In this document: positions 36,873-51,429 of the stretch, one piece after another
How the letters are laid out: the number at the start of each line of letters is the position of its first letter
Numbering within the stretch: the stretch's first letter is position 1
Source of the DNA: Eledone cirrhosa
Taxonomy: Eukaryota
NCBI GenBank assembly: GCA_964016885.1
Contig: OZ024740.1
Span: 127,224,001 to 127,288,000 of the forward strand
Direction of reading: 5' to 3'
DNA: 64,000 nt
The notes under the pieces: generated by a model
The model's input: only the letters and a program-made list of their open reading frames with translations
Told to the model about the DNA's origin: nothing
The model's database searches: none
Program-made: the position numbers and the translations under genes

Positions 36873-39800
36873 GGCGACCTATGTAGTAAATCGTATCATC
36901 GTGAACTCCGCAAAGGTTTGTTGTTTCCGTTTGTTAAAAATTGCTATTTATGGAAAATTTGTATTGTTAATATAAGCGCACATACATTGTTTTCCGAAAA
37001 GGACACCCAAAAAGATTGGGGCCTTGTGCCCAAAATTTAAACTTTTATGATTATCAAAAAATTTCTTTGAAAAAATCATGGCTGATTCACCTCTGCACCG
37101 AGCAGCTGAGAGCCTTCCTCACAAACTAACACCTCACACCGACACCACCATTGTAAATATTACTACGTTTGCCAACACTAAAAATTTAAGCAGTAGCAAT
37201 ATTTTAAATTTGTCTCAGGCAGACATTCATTTCCCGCCATTACCAATGACTGCAGGTGTTAAAGCCGACACCACCGCCACCACCGCGACAACACCCACCC
37301 CACCACCACCGCGACAACAGAAACAAAAGAAAAAAAATTAACTCAAGATGTCGAAATGAATTCAACCAAAATGAACTCTTCCACACCGAACACCACTGAC
37401 GGCACCACCACCACAACTGAAACTAAAATTAATAATAACAAAAATAACGATAACAACAACAGCAACAATGACACTAAGAAAACCACCCTGAGTTTGGCCA
37501 GAGTAGCAAAACAGTGCGAAGCATTTCAGGTAACTCAGGAGGAATTAGAAGAAGCCAAAAAAATGGTAAAGAAAGATGGGTATAGGGTCAGCCTCACTCC
37601 CCCACCTAATAAAATGGAGCATAGTCACCTATGCACCGTGTCTTATCGAACAATTAATGTAAAATCGCGCCGAGTGTAACGGGCATCCGAGTCCCAAATC
37701 CAAAAAGCTTTGAGACATGTGTGGGCAAGAAAAACCCACATCAGACGTGGGCAGAAGTATGGAACCGTGGATGTGTTCTTTGAAACACCAGAGGAGGCTA
37801 GAGAACACTCCATGGCCCCATTAAGAAGTGACGACTTCACACTCGTCCCAAGCTATTGTGGCCAGAGAAGGTAAAGATCAGGGTGACCCACGTTCCATCG
37901 GCCATCGAAATTCCCTGGCTAATAGCTGCCGTCCTCTCCGGCATCGAAGCCAACACCAAGATAATAGCAATAGCGAAAGAAAAGCAGGAGAACTGGTCCG
38001 GATCTGGGATGGAGCTCCTGATCCAAGCGGACCAAAAAAGCATTGAGGAGATCCCAGAGGTAATAGACCTCACTGACGACAGCAACCTCACCGTAATTGT
38101 CGAGGGCAGAAGGCCTAGGTGTGTCGTTTGTGGTGAAGGAACCCTCCTAAGGGCTTTCTGCCCTCAGGCTAAAAGGTTGAGGCCACCTCTCCTACCCACC
38201 CCAGTGATTCAACCATCAACACCACCAGCAGCAGAGATGGCAACAACAAATGTAGCAGCAACAAAAGAAGCAACTATAACAGCAACAACCCCAGCAACAG
38301 TAGCAAAACCAAAACCACCACCACCCAACGCTTCAGAACTAGAACCAGCGCCTACACCATCCACCACGCCACAACCAAAACTAACGCCCGTGGAGGATTT
38401 TCCACTCCCCGGCCTATCACAACTGGAGACAGATTGTGACGACGAGGAGTGGGAAACGGTATCAGGAAAAATGAAAAAAAGAAACCCAAATAGAAAAAAT
38501 TCTCTTCCTTCCTCCTCCAAAAACAAAATGCAGAGGGAAACAAATAAACTATCAAACAAAAAAGTTAGGACAGATGTGCCACCATCCACACCAGCATCAC
38601 CAACCCCATCACCCCAAACACCAACACCATCACCATCATTAACCCCAACACCACCATCACCTACACCACAAAAGTCACCAAAAAGCGAAACAGAAACAAA
38701 TCCACAACAAACGCAAACAAAACAAAACAACCAAAACGATGCACACTCCAAGCATTAAATTTGAACAACAACCAATTATTACACTACATCCAACACAACA
38801 CCAGCATCACAGAAAAAGACTACACAACAACCGAAAAGTTCACACAACCTCCACACATACAAATCACTCGCATCACACAGAAAACATACATGACACTAAA
38901 GCAAAAATTCCCCAAAGACATCGGAGACTTCCGACAAGCACTCTCCAGGAGGATTTATAAGGACATCCTTCCCGAGGAGGCCACAAGCAGTGAAAAGGAT
39001 GGAGAAACCGTCCTTCCTCTAAGGTAAGTGGTCTTTCCCATCTTTTCCACTCCATTTCAACATGACCTCACTCAGAATAGGCAGCATAAATGCGCGTGGC
39101 TTCGGGTCGTCATGGAAGCAGGGCCACCTGCTCAACGACCTCAGGTCACTAAACATAGATGTAGTGGCCATCAGCGAGACCAGAATCTTCGAAGCACAGG
39201 CCTTCGTACCGATATTTGGCGGCTACGATGTGTACGCATCTCCCAGCCGTCCGGGATCGGGGGAGGAGTTGCTGTACTTTTTCAGAGAGGTTTGGATCTT
39301 GCCATACGGGCCATCTTCCTGGACACAAAAGGTAAGTTGGTGGTGCTGGACGTGACCAGCGGAGACAGGCGGCTTTCAGGTTAGTGGCCGTCTATGCCCC
39401 GACAGGAGCAGGGCTGCCTGATTTCTTCCGGCGTCTTGAGACCTTTCTTGGAACGTCCCGCTCTTTAGTGTTAGTGCGCGACTGGAACGGGATCTTAGAT
39501 GCGCGCTGGGACTGTGTGGGATTAGTGGATAGGGGAGAAGGGTGCAAGAGTCTCACCAACCTGCTCAGGCGTTTTAAACTGTCTGACATGTACCGATTGG
39601 ATTTCCCGATTGTGCCAATGTGCACTTGGACAAATCGCATAGGGTCATCCAGATCATATCTACACAGAGTATGTTGTAGGGAAATAGATAGGTCTAGCAT
39701 AGGCTGTCCTCAATTCAAGATAGTCAGCTACACGGACCACAAATTCGTGATCTGTGTGCTTGACTTAGATAGGCTTCATAGACGAGGACCCGGCTACTGG

Positions 39801-42705
39801 AAGCTAAACGCGTCCTTACCAGCGCATAAGGCCTACAGAGACCGGATTAGCGAACTAGTTAAGCGAGCGTTGACGGGGGCCATCATCAACAACAAGTGGT
39901 GGTTTGCTCTGAAAAGAGCAATTAGAATAGAGTCTATTAGGTTTAGTAAGGCTTTAGCAATAGAGAAAAATAGAGCAGAGGGAGAATTAGTTAGAAAATT
40001 AGATGAGGCGCTTAGTAAAAGCATCGCGACCACGTAATTGCGGCGAAATTGGCCCTTGACCAATTCTTCTATGCAAAATACGAAGGCTGCGTTGTCAGAG
40101 CTAGGGTGCGTGCTCTCAGACACGAGGGGACGAAAGCCGTTCAATGGGCCCGAGTCGCGGAGGCGCGTCGTGGAAACAAAGCCACGATCCGGTCTTTGGT
40201 GGACCACCACGGGCGCATGCTACTCGATCCCGGGCAAATGTGTGAAGCTTTTCAGCGAAACTTCGCACAGCTGTTAAGGGGCAGCGGCGAGCCGGATCGA
40301 GGGATGGACTTTAGTGTCGACCTCGACGGACTGCCGTGGCTCTCGGCCACTGAGGCGGAGTGTTGCGAAAAGCCGATAACAGCCGCTGAAGTACGGGAGG
40401 CAATGCTTGGCTGCACAAGGGGTAAATCGCCTGGTTTGGATGGTCTGCCCTATGAACTTTACGTACAGATGCCAGACTTGTTCGGAGGCCTGTTGGCGGA
40501 CGTCTACTGCAACTGGCAACAGAACGGGAGAATTCCCAGCTCTGTGAGCCGAGGAGCTGTGGTGCTGCTGAGAAAGGATCCGAACAAGGGGGATAACATA
40601 GATAATTTCAGGCTCATAACTATGCTAAACACAGAGTTCAAGATTTTGGCCAAGGTGCTAGCAAAGAGGTTGGCGCTTGCCGTTGGTGGTCTGGTGGGAC
40701 AGGTGCAGCCATGCGCCATTCCCGACAGATCCATCCACGACAACCCCCACCACATGCGATACATCGTAGAGAGGGTAGCTAAGGAACCTGGCAAGGGTGG
40801 GTCCTTGATCAATTTAGATCAGTCGAAAGCTTTCGATAGGGTCGACCATCGTTACCTAGCCGCAGTCCTGAGGGCGGCTGGCTTTGGGCCCGTCTTCAGA
40901 GGCTGGATCGCTGCCCTGCACAGCGACACCTGCTCTGTGGTGAGAGTGAATAGTCACCTTTCGGAACCGTTCAATATCATGCGCTCGGTCCGCCATGGAT
41001 GTCCCCTCTCGTCCCTCTTGTACGTATTGACTCGCGAGCCATTACTCCACAAACTGGAGACGTTGAGCTGTGTCCCACGCGAACTAAGATGCGGAATGTC
41101 ACCGTAGTGGTGTCGAACGCCAAACACATAGAGGCAATCGGCACTACACTAAGAGAATACGAAGCGGTGACAGGAGCAATGATCAACCAGGAAACGTCAG
41201 TGGGCCTGCAGCTCGGCACCTGGAGAGGCAGGTCCATGACGTCCAACAGCGTCGTCGGGCGCTGGACGGACGGACCGGTTAAATTGCTAGGGGTCTGGTT
41301 CGGTCCGGACCTCCATACGGACAACAACTGGGACGAGGTAACGAGCAGGGTGGCTTCTCTCACCCAGAAATGGGCCGAGAGGAAGCTATCCCTGAAAGGT
41401 CGAGCGGAGGTGGCTAACGCGTATATCGAATCCGTCATCTACTACCGCCTGACCGTCGTACCTTGTCCTAAGCCCCGCCTGAATGCGCTGGAGCATTTGC
41501 TCTTTCGCTTTTTGTGGAAGGGACGCGCTCCGATGGTCAGGCGGTCCATCTGCTGTCAACACCCGCTACGTGGAGGGCTGGGAATGCCGTGGCTGATGAT
41601 GCGCAGACACGCGCTCAGGCTACGACATCTCCACCTCTTCCTCGACTGTGATCAGGTGTGGTCTCCGTTTGCTAGACGTGTCTTACCCCAGCTCGTCTCC
41701 TTGACGGAGCTGCAGTTCTGGGTCAAGCGAAGACCGAGAGGGAGCGCTTGGAGACTGGAATGTCTTCAGGCGCTCACAGCCCTCGACCAATCAGGCAATG
41801 TGATCGGTGGAAACTCCACCTTGGCGTTCTATAGAGGATTAGTGGAGGGGAAGAGCCCCGACGTTCTTGGAGAAACTCTAGGCGTCGACGAAAATCAACT
41901 AGCCAATCTCTTCGGAAGAACTTTCGGGCCGGGGCCTATGGACAACTTCCAGAAATCCCTGGCCTGGCAGTGCTACCGAGGAGCTTTGCCAGTTCGGGAT
42001 AAACTCTACAGGCATGGAGGTGCCGTCAGCCGGGCATGTCCGAGATGCGCGCAGGGCGACGAAACCGTCCTTCACGCACTCGTCCAGTGTCCGAACATTG
42101 CTGACTTGTGGGTTAATGTCGAACACCAGCTGTCGCGTGTAGGACGGATCCGGCTATCAGCTGAGTTCATCGTGATGATTGCCCCGCCCTCTTCCTTTAG
42201 CCGGGAAGGGCAGGCAGTTTTTATCTGTCTGGTGGCCATGGCGAAATAGATAGTATGGTGGACACGTTTGAAAGGGCTGAAGACGAGCACTTACCTCTTT
42301 GGTGAAGCCCTGATTAACTTTTTCAATTTTCATTTGAAAAGGAAAATCAGGGTTGAGAGGGAAGTGCTCTCTTCCCAGCCTTTTGTTGAAAGATGGGTGA
42401 GAGAGGCAAGAATGGCCCGAGTGAATGGGCCTACTCTGAGTATGTGTCTGTAAATTAAAGGTGGAAAACTGGGAGAGGGCAGTTGCCCTGGTGGTCAGGG
42501 TCCCAGTGACATTTTAATGGGCTTTCTCCACAAATGTCCCTCGGAAGTCTCTCCACTATTGGGGAATTTTTCATTGTTTTTATTTTGTTATATCCTCTGC
42601 TTTTGTTTTTTTACACGCAGAAATGCTCATTTGTACCGTCCTGTATTGTCCTGTACTGTCGTTAATGTCTACCTTATGTAAACCCTTGCGGTTAATAAAG
42701 AAAGC
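36873..42705 (+). mobile_element. L1/Tx1-like family C, full-length copy C2 (ORF1 37078-39027, ORF2 39062-42453, both disrupted)
   Basis: Same termini and motifs as C1. The YADD region is deleted near 41095. Confidence 0.93.
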
Positions 42706-42739
42706 ATTATTATTATTAATATTATTATTATTATTATTG

Positions 42740-45700
42740 TTCTTTGAGCCTCAGTCATTGATGTTAGTTAACTGGAAAGTTTGTTGAAATGAATATCAAG
42801 CCACTATCTGCAGCCTCAGATATTCAGGACGTATCGGAGGGTTCTTGCTGTTCCCAGCAAGCATGCCTTTTGAAGCGTTCGAAAAAGCGTGGCGGGGCCA
42901 ATTTTCTTTAACCATCCCTGGAAACCTTTTGAGATAGTACCTAGTGCGCCTATGACAATCGGGACCACTTTGACTTCATGTCAGTTCCAAATCCTTTATA
43001 CCTCCCACTTTAAGTCCTGGTATCGGTTAATTTTCTCCCTCTCCTTCTCTTGCACTCTCGTGTCGAATGGGCAGGCCACATCCAAAATCAGTCACGATCT
43101 TTTTTCTTTGTCAAAAACCATCAGGTCAGGTCTATTGTGTTCCAGTTTCTTGTCCGTCTGTATCCTAAAATCCCACAGGACCTTCACCTGATCGTTATCT
43201 ATCACTGACTCTGGCTTATGCTCATACCACTTCTCAGAATGTGGTAAATTGTTTACTTTGTATAGGTGCCAGTGGATCACCCTGCCCATCACATCATGTC
43301 TCCAGCCATTATAGTGAGTCTGGGCTAGGTGTTTACACTCGGATTCAATGTGAGCCACAGTCTCCTCTCTCTCTCCACAGATCCTGCACAGTGGGCTAGC
43401 CTCCTCCTTGTAAATATGGTGTTTCAACCCCTTCGTTTTGAGGGCCTGCTCTTGCGCAGCCATTAACATTCCTTCTGTAGCCTTTTTAAGGTCTCCTCTT
43501 TTCAACCAATTCCATGTCTGTGGATCTCTGAATTCAGTTTTCTCAAAGAAGGTACTATGAACGGATTTTTCAAGAAGGCTGCTCTTTCTCCTTGTTGTTA
43601 TTTCCTCCTTGGACATCCCCTGGTCTTTTGTCCTCTCCTTCAGAACAGTTCTGAGCATTGGCTCCTTACTATCAGTCACGTATTTGAGTAGGTTGTTTTT
43701 CGCCATCTGAACACAGTCCTCTATGCCGATAAGTCCTCTTCCACCTTCAGATCTCTTTACTTAGAGTATATCGACATCACTCCTCTTGTGGAAAATGTTG
43801 TAGATAGTCAATAGCTTCCTAGTCTTCCTATCCATTTCTTTCTGTTATGCAACATTACATCTCAGAATTCCCGCACTGTACCTAATAATAGACACAGATC
43901 GGGAATTTACTGTACTTATGGCATTCCTACTGTTCAGATGTGACTTTAATACGCTCTTTACTCTCCGAATGTATTCAGATCTTATCAATTCCTTCATTTT
44001 TTTGTTCTTGATGTCATCAGCCTCCAGAACACCCAAATAGTTGTATCCTTCTTCAGTGTCAATTTCCTTTATCATTTCACCTGTTGGTATCTGGATTCCG
44101 TTGCTTCTGCTCAATATACCCTTCTTTATCACAAGTACTCTACACTTACTAATACCAAATTGCATACATATATCATTGCTGAAAATACGGACAGTGCCAA
44201 CAAGCACATCCAACTCCTTCTCACTCTTCCCGAAGAGCTTAAGATCGTCCATGAAGAGGCGGTGATTGATGGTAAGCTCTCCCTTTCCCAACGTGTATCC
44301 TGCTCTCACTTTTCGCAGCTTAATGGTCAGGGGCATCAGGGCAAGGACAAACAACAGAGGGGACAGACTATCTCCCTGGAAGATACTTCTCTTGATCTTC
44401 ACGCCTCCCAAGGATTCTCCAGCTGATGTTAATTCTGTTTTCCAGGACTTCATACTTTTGCCCAACAACTGTCTGATGTTATCTGCATCCTTGAAGATCT
44501 CTAGGCTTTTGGTGATCCAAGAATGAGGCACCATGTCAAATGCCTTTTTGTAGTCTATCCATCCCATGGCAAGACCAGTGTGTCTCCTCTTGCAATTCCT
44601 CATTACCATCTTATCAATAAGTAACTGGTCCTTTGTACCACGGGAGTTCTTTCGGCATCCTTTCTGTTCGTCCGGTAACAGGTAATTTTTTGTGGAGGTG
44701 ATGGTAGATTTCCTCAGACATAATGCTTGTCAACAGTTTCCACATTACGGACAGACATATGATAGGTCTATAGTTGGTAACATCATTACCCTTGATTCGG
44801 TCTTTCATTACCAGAACTGGGTACCTTTCGTCAACCACTTTGGTACCTCACCTGACATCAAGCAGTCATTAAACATGGTTGTCAGTTTCGGGTGGAGGGA
44901 TGTTATATTTTTAATCCAATACCCCTGCACACCATCTGGGCCTGGTGATTTCCAGTCGGTTAGTTATTTGGCCTGCCCATTAAGAGTTTCAACTGTGATA
45001 CTCAAATAAGTTTGTTGGTGTGCCTGTTCACTAATCTCCTTTTGTACTGTCTCAATCCACACTGCCTGGTCATTATGTTTAACACCATGCTCCCATATTC
45101 CTCTCCAGAATGTTTTAGTTTGTTCCGCCTCAGGGATCAAGTCGTTGCCTCTTTCTTTCCCTTCAAGCTGTTCAAACAGCATCTTCTGGTTGTTGTCAAA
45201 CATGCGGTTCTGTCTATACTGACTGACTCTGCTCTCGTATCGCATAATTTTTTCACTCTTTGCTACAATGCGTTGCTTCAGTTCCTCTATGATAATATTT
45301 AGCTTTTTCCTCCTAGTATTGTACTTTATTTCCAGTCTATTTTTAGTCTCTATGTTTTTTAGTGTCCCATTCAGTAGGGACTCAAGCTTTCGAATGTCAT
45401 TTCTCATTTCCCTGATTTGACCATTCAGTCGTTTCTTCCACCAAGGCTCTGATCTTTCTTGTCTGTTGTTTCCTCTCGCTTTTATACCAAGTAATTTCCT
45501 CACCGCATTTGCTGTTGCTTTGAGGATATTGTTGCACTGGTGAAGGCTCCTCGCCTCAAGGTATGGGATGACTTTGTTTACCTTAGCTGTTGTTTCTTTT
45601 AACTTTTTCCTGTCTACAAATCTTAGGTTCATAGGTCTCCCACTATCACTGTTCATTTCATCTACCACAAAGTTCAGAATATCAAGCAAATCTTTCCCTA

Positions 45701-46582
45701 GCCCGTCAGTATTCATCTCCTCAATGGCCGTATCTTTGTTCCAGGTATTATTTATTTCAGCATTCAGATCATTGTCTGCTTCGGATGGTTCCTCCGTTCT
45801 CTCAACCTCTTCACCTTCATTTCCCACTGGCTCGTTTGCCTGGCATACTCCACTCTCCATTTCCAATCTAATCTCTTTGCTCAGTTCCTCCAGTTCCAGC
45901 TCGCTTATCCACCCATTAGTTCTTATTACCCGAGCCTGCACGGCCAATTTTTGTTCATCTAATTTAAATAGACCAATCTCGTTCCAGATGGTATGCATCC
46001 GTTTCCTATAGCCTTTCGCCTTGGGGTTACTCTTCAGGTAACATTGCATAACAGTTCTATTCAATTCTTTCGTCCAGTTGGTTCTGGTCCCTTTCCTTCT
46101 TCTTCTTCCTCCGACACCAGCAGTATTTGGTTGACAGCCAGGTCCCTGTTGCTCAGCCAGGGAGCACCTGCTGGGTGAGTGTCTGTCACATGATATTCCA
46201 GCCTCCACTTCACCGTTATTCGAACTGTTTAGGTTCGACATTTAAACACTCTTATCGAGGATTGGTGAATGTATGGTTACATAACCAGCGGTGATTTCAT
46301 CACTCCCGGTGATTTTTGTGTGGCACTATCACGCTGTAGACAAACATAAATAAACAAACAAACAAATAGGTAAAAAAAAAATCCAAAAAGAATAAGCATA
46401 AGTTTCATTGTAATGTAATGTTTGAATGTCTGACTTAGTTTTTCCCTTCCCTTCTCTGTCTGTCTGTTTGTTTTTCTTTTCATTTTTCTTTTCTTTACGT
46501 TTTTCATTGTTGCTGTGCTGCTTTGATTTTGATTTTTGTTTTTTTGATTTTTTGACCGGGTCATCAAATCAGTCTATTTATA
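42740..46582 (-). mobile_element. R4/Dong-like family B, full-length decayed copy B1 (ORF 42816-46241)
   Basis: NWTKELNRTVMQCY Myb-like N-terminus, RT ([15 protein letters not shown]), CCHC, RPD. Several stops. Confidence 0.93.
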
Positions 46583-46620
46583 TATTATTATTATTGTTAT
46601 TATTATTATTATTATTGCTG

Positions 46621-46745
46621 TTGCTTTACGGTCTGAGTTCAAATCCCGCCGAGGTTAACTCTTCCTTTCGCCCTTACGGGGTCGATAAAATAAGGTACCA
46701 GTAATGTACTGGGTATTTGCTGGCCTTGTGCCAAAAGTAGAAACA

Positions 46746-46746
<1 letters not shown>
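46621..46746 (+). mobile_element. 5'-truncated SINE with long (TTA)n tail
   Basis: B-box, core and tail. Confidence 0.85.
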
Positions 46747-46802
<56 letters not shown>

Positions 46803-46811
46803 GTTATTGTT

Positions 46812-49800
46812 ATTCCTTGAATCTCAGTCATTGATGTTGGTTAACTGGAAAGTCCGTTGGATTGAATATCAAGCCACTACCTGCAGCCTCAGATATTCAG
46901 GACGTATCGGAGGGTTCTTGCTGTTCCAAGCAAGCATGCCTTTTGAAGCGTTCCAAAAAGCGTGAAGGGGCCGATTTTCTTTAACCATCCCTGGAAACTT
47001 TTGGAGATAGTCCCCAGTGCGCCTATGACAATCGGGATCACTTTGACTTCATGGCAGTTCCAAATCCTTTTCACCTCCCACTTTAGGTCCTGGTATCGGT
47101 TAATTTTCTCCCTCTCCTTCTCTTGCACTCTCGTGTCGAACGGGCAGGCCACATCCACAATCAGGCACGATCTTTTTTCTTTGTCCACAACCACCAGGTC
47201 AGGTCTATTGTGTTCCAGTTTTTTGTCCGTCTGTATCCTAAAATCCCACAGCACCTTCACCTGATTGTTCTCCATCACCGCCTCTGGGCTATGCTCATAC
47301 CATTTCTCAGAATGTGGTAGATTGTTTACTTTGCACAGGTGCCAGTGGATCACCCTGCCCATCACATCGTGTCTCCAGCCCTTATAGTGGGTCTGGGCTA
47401 GGTGTTTACACTCGGACACAATGTGAGCCACAGTCTCCTCTCTCTCTCCACAGATCCTGCACAGTGGGCTGGCCTCCTCCTTGTAGATATGGTGCTTCAA
47501 CCACTTCGTTTTGAGGGCCTGCTCCTGCGCAGCCATTAGCATTCCTTCTGTAGCCTTTTTCAGGTCTCCTCTTCTCAACCAGTTCCATGTCTGTGGATCT
47601 CTAAATTCAGTTTTCTCAAAGAAGGTACTATGAAGGGGTTTTCCCTTAAGGCTGCTCTTCCTCCTTGATGTTATTTCCTCCCTGGACATCCCCTGGCCTA
47701 CTGTCCCCTCCTTCAGTACAGCTCTGAGCATTGGCTCCTTACTATAGGTCACGTATTTGTATAGGTTGTTTTTCTCCATCTGAACACAGTCCTCTATGCT
47801 GATAAGACCTCTTCCACCCTCAGATCTCCTTAGGTAGAGTCTATCGACATCACTCCTCTTGTGGAACATGTTGTAGATAGTCAATAGCTTCCTAGTCTTC
47901 CTATCCATTTCTTTCTGTTCAGCAACATTCCATCTCAGAATTCCCGCACTGTACCTAATAATAGACACAGCTCGGGAATTTACTGCGCTTATGGCATTTC
48001 TGCTGTTCAGATGTGACTTCAATACGCTCCTTACTCTCCGAATGTATTCAGTTCTTAACAATTCCTTCATTTTTTTGTTCTTTATGCCATCAGCCTCCAG
48101 AACGCCCAAATACTTGTATCCTTCCTCAGAGTCAATTTCCTTTATCATCTCACCTGTTGGTATCTGGATCCCGTTACTTCTGCTCAACCTACCCCTCTTC
48201 ATCACAATGACTCCACATTTACCAATACCAAACTGCATACATATATCACTGCTGAAAATACGGACAGTGTCAACAAGCACATCCAACTCCTTCTCACTTT
48301 TCCCGAAGAGCTTAAGATCGTCCATGAAGAGGAGGTGATTGATGGTAAGCTCTCCCCTTCCCAACTTGTATCCTGCTCTCACTTTTCGCAGCATAATGGT
48401 CAAGGGCATCAGGGCAAGGACAAACAACAGAGGGGACAGGCTATCTCCCTGGAAGATACCTCTCTTGATCTTCACGCTTCCCAAGGATACTCCAGTTGAT
48501 GTCAACTCTGTCTCCCAGGACCCCATACTTCTGCCTAGCAACTGTCTGATGTTATCCGCCACCCTGAATATCTCCAGGCTTTTGGTGATCCAGGAATGAG
48601 GCACCATGTCAAATGCCTTTCTGTAGTCTATCCATCCCATGGCAAGATCAGTGTGTCTCCTCCTGCAATTCCCCATTACCATCTTATCAATAAGCAACTG
48701 GTCCTTTGTACCACGTGACTTCTTTCGGCATCCTTTCTGTTCGTCCGGTAACAAGTTGTTTGTGTGGAGGTGATGGTAGATTTCCTCAGACACAATGCTC
48801 GTCAACAGTTTCCACATTACGGGCAGACATGTGATAGGTCTATAGTTGGTAGCATCATTACCCTTGATTCGGTCTTTCATTATCAGAACTGTGGTACCTT
48901 TTGTCAACCACTCTGGCACCTCACCCGACACCAAGCAGTCATTGAACATGGCCGTCAGCTTCGGGTGGAGGGATGTTAGATGTTCAATCCAATACCCCTG
49001 CACACCATCTGGGCCTGGCGATTTCCAGTTGGTTAGTTTTTTGGCTTGTCCCTTAAGAGTTTCAACTGTGATACTCAAATCAGTCTGTTGCTGTGCCTGC
49101 TCACCGATCTCCCTCTGTACTGTCTCAATCCACCCTGCCTGGGCATTGTGTCTAACATCCTGCTCCCATATTCCTCTCCAGAATGTTTTAGTTTGCTCCG
49201 CCCCAGGGATCAAGTCGTTGCCTCTTTCTTTGCCCTCAAGCTGTCCAAACAGCATCTTCTGGTTGTTGTCGAACATGCGGTTCTGTTTATACTGACTGAC
49301 TCTGTTCTCGTATCGCCTGATTTTTGCACTCTTTGCTACAATGCGTTGCTTCAATTCCTCTATGATAATATTTAGCTTTTTACTCCTAGTTTTGTATTTT
49401 ATTTCCAGTCTATTTTTAGTGCCTATGTTTTTTAGTGTCCCATTCAGTAGTGACTCAAGCTTTCCTATGTCATTTCTCATTTCCCCGATTTGCCCACTCA
49501 GTCGCTTCTTCCACCACGGCTCTGCTCTTTCTTGTCTGTTGTTTCCTCTCGCTTTTATACCAAGTAGTTTCCTCACCGTATTTGCTGTTGCTCTGAGGAT
49601 ATTGTTGCACTGGTGAAGGCTCCTCGCCTCAAGGTATGGGATGACTTTGTTTACCTTAGCTGTGGTTTCTTTATATTTTTCCTGTCTACAAATCTTGGGT
49701 TCATAGGTCTCCCACTATCATTGTTCAATTCATCTACCACTAAATTTAGGATGTCAACCGAATCTTGTCCTAGCCCGTCAGCATTCATCTCCTCAGTGGC

Positions 49801-51333
49801 CGTATCTCTGTTCCAGGTATTATTTATCTCAGTACTCAGATCATTGTCTGCTTCGGGTGGTTCCTCCGTTCTCAGGACCTCCTCACCTTCATTTCCCACC
49901 GGCTCGCTTGTCTGGCATACTACACCCGCCATCTCCAAGCCATTCTCTCTGCTCAGTTCCTCCAGTTCCAGCTCGCTTATCCACCCATTAGTTCTTATTA
50001 CCCGAGCCTGCCCGGCCAATTTTTGTTCATCTAATTTAAATAAACCAATCTCGTTCCAGATGTTATGCATCCGTCTCCTGTAGCCCCTCTCCTTGGGGTT
50101 ACTTTTCAGGTAGCATTGCATAACAGTTCTATTCAATTCTTTCGTCCAGTTGGTTCTGGCCCCTTTCCTTCTTCTCCTTCCTCCAACATCAGCAGTATTT
50201 GGTTGACAGTCAGGTTCCTGCTGCTGAGCCAGGGGGCACCTGTTGGGTGAGAGTCTGTCACATGACGTTCTAGTCTCCATTTCACCGTTATTCGAACTGT
50301 TTATGTTCGATATTTAAACACTCTTATCGAGGATTGGCGAATGTGTGTTTACATAGCCATCTGTGGATCCGCCATCCCACTTGGCCCTTGTGTGGCATCA
50401 TCACCACGCTGTATACGAACACACATAAACAAACAAACACACAGGCAGAAAGGGCCCCAGAAATGAATAAGCATAAGTTTCATTGTAATGTAGTGTTCGA
50501 ATGTCTGACTTAGTTTTAGTTTTTTAAGTTTTACTTCTTCCCCCCTCTTCTCTGTCCGTCCGCCTGCTTCTCTCTTCATTCTTATTTACTTTACGTTTTG
50601 GGGGTTTCTTTTTTTTGTTTTTGTGTTTCTCTGTTTGTTTTTCTCGTTTTTTGCTGTTGTTGCTGTGCTGCTTTGGTTTTGTTGTTTGTTTTTTCTTTTT
50701 TCTTTTGGGTCTATCTATATATTTTGATGCCTTCCTCTTTGTTAGTAGTAAGAATTCTATAATGTGGAAGTAGCAGCCAGCAGGGAAGTGGGAGACTGGC
50801 GGCGTTAGCGATACTGAGACAGTGGTGGTGGTGATGTCGATACCGAGGCAGTGGTGGCGGTGATGTGACCGTATTACTGTAGTGATGGTGCTGTAGCGGA
50901 GTCAAGGGGTGGTGGCGGCGGTGCTGGGATAGTGGTGGTAATGATGGCCGTAATGAGCGGTGGCGGTGAAGGTGAAAATGTGTCGTTATCTGGCTGTTGT
51001 GTTTAGTGTACACAGATGATGGGGTGGGTGGTGTATCTAGTTTCTGGTGTTGGTGAGTTTAGCTGTCCTATATAGTGTAGCCAGAGGAGAGGAGGGGAGG
51101 GGTTTTTCTTCCATTTATAGCCATTTTTTTTTTTTTTTTTTTTTTTTTGGATATACAGTGTACAATACAAAGTTGAATATTTGAATATTTGAGCCTTATA
51201 ACAATATATTTTCTTTACGTTTTGAGCCTTATAACAATATATTTTCTTTACGTTTTTGGGGTTTCTTTTTTTTGTTTTTGTTTTTCTCTGTTTGTTTTTC
51301 GCGTTTTTTGCTGTTGTTGCTGTGCTGCTTTGG

Positions 51334-51336
<3 letters not shown>
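46812..51336 (-). mobile_element. R4/Dong-like family B, best-preserved copy B2 plus 5' leader (50710-51336)
   Basis: 3' UTR abuts (TAA)n; long ORF; 5' UTR homologous to 46241-46560. Confidence 0.92.
46889..50280 (-). CDS. Family B RT-RLE polyprotein; 895-aa open stretch with one frameshift in an A-run near 49675
   Basis: [90 protein letters not shown]. Confidence 0.88.
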
Positions 51337-51402
<66 letters not shown>

Positions 51403-51429
51403 GTTATTATTATTGTTGTTGCTGTACTT

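Noticed and set aside
46241-46330. HDV-like ribozyme in the family B 5' UTR (contains UCCUCG)
   Set aside because: Could not assemble P1, P3, P1.1 and J4/2. Only a small CUC/GAG hairpin is evident.
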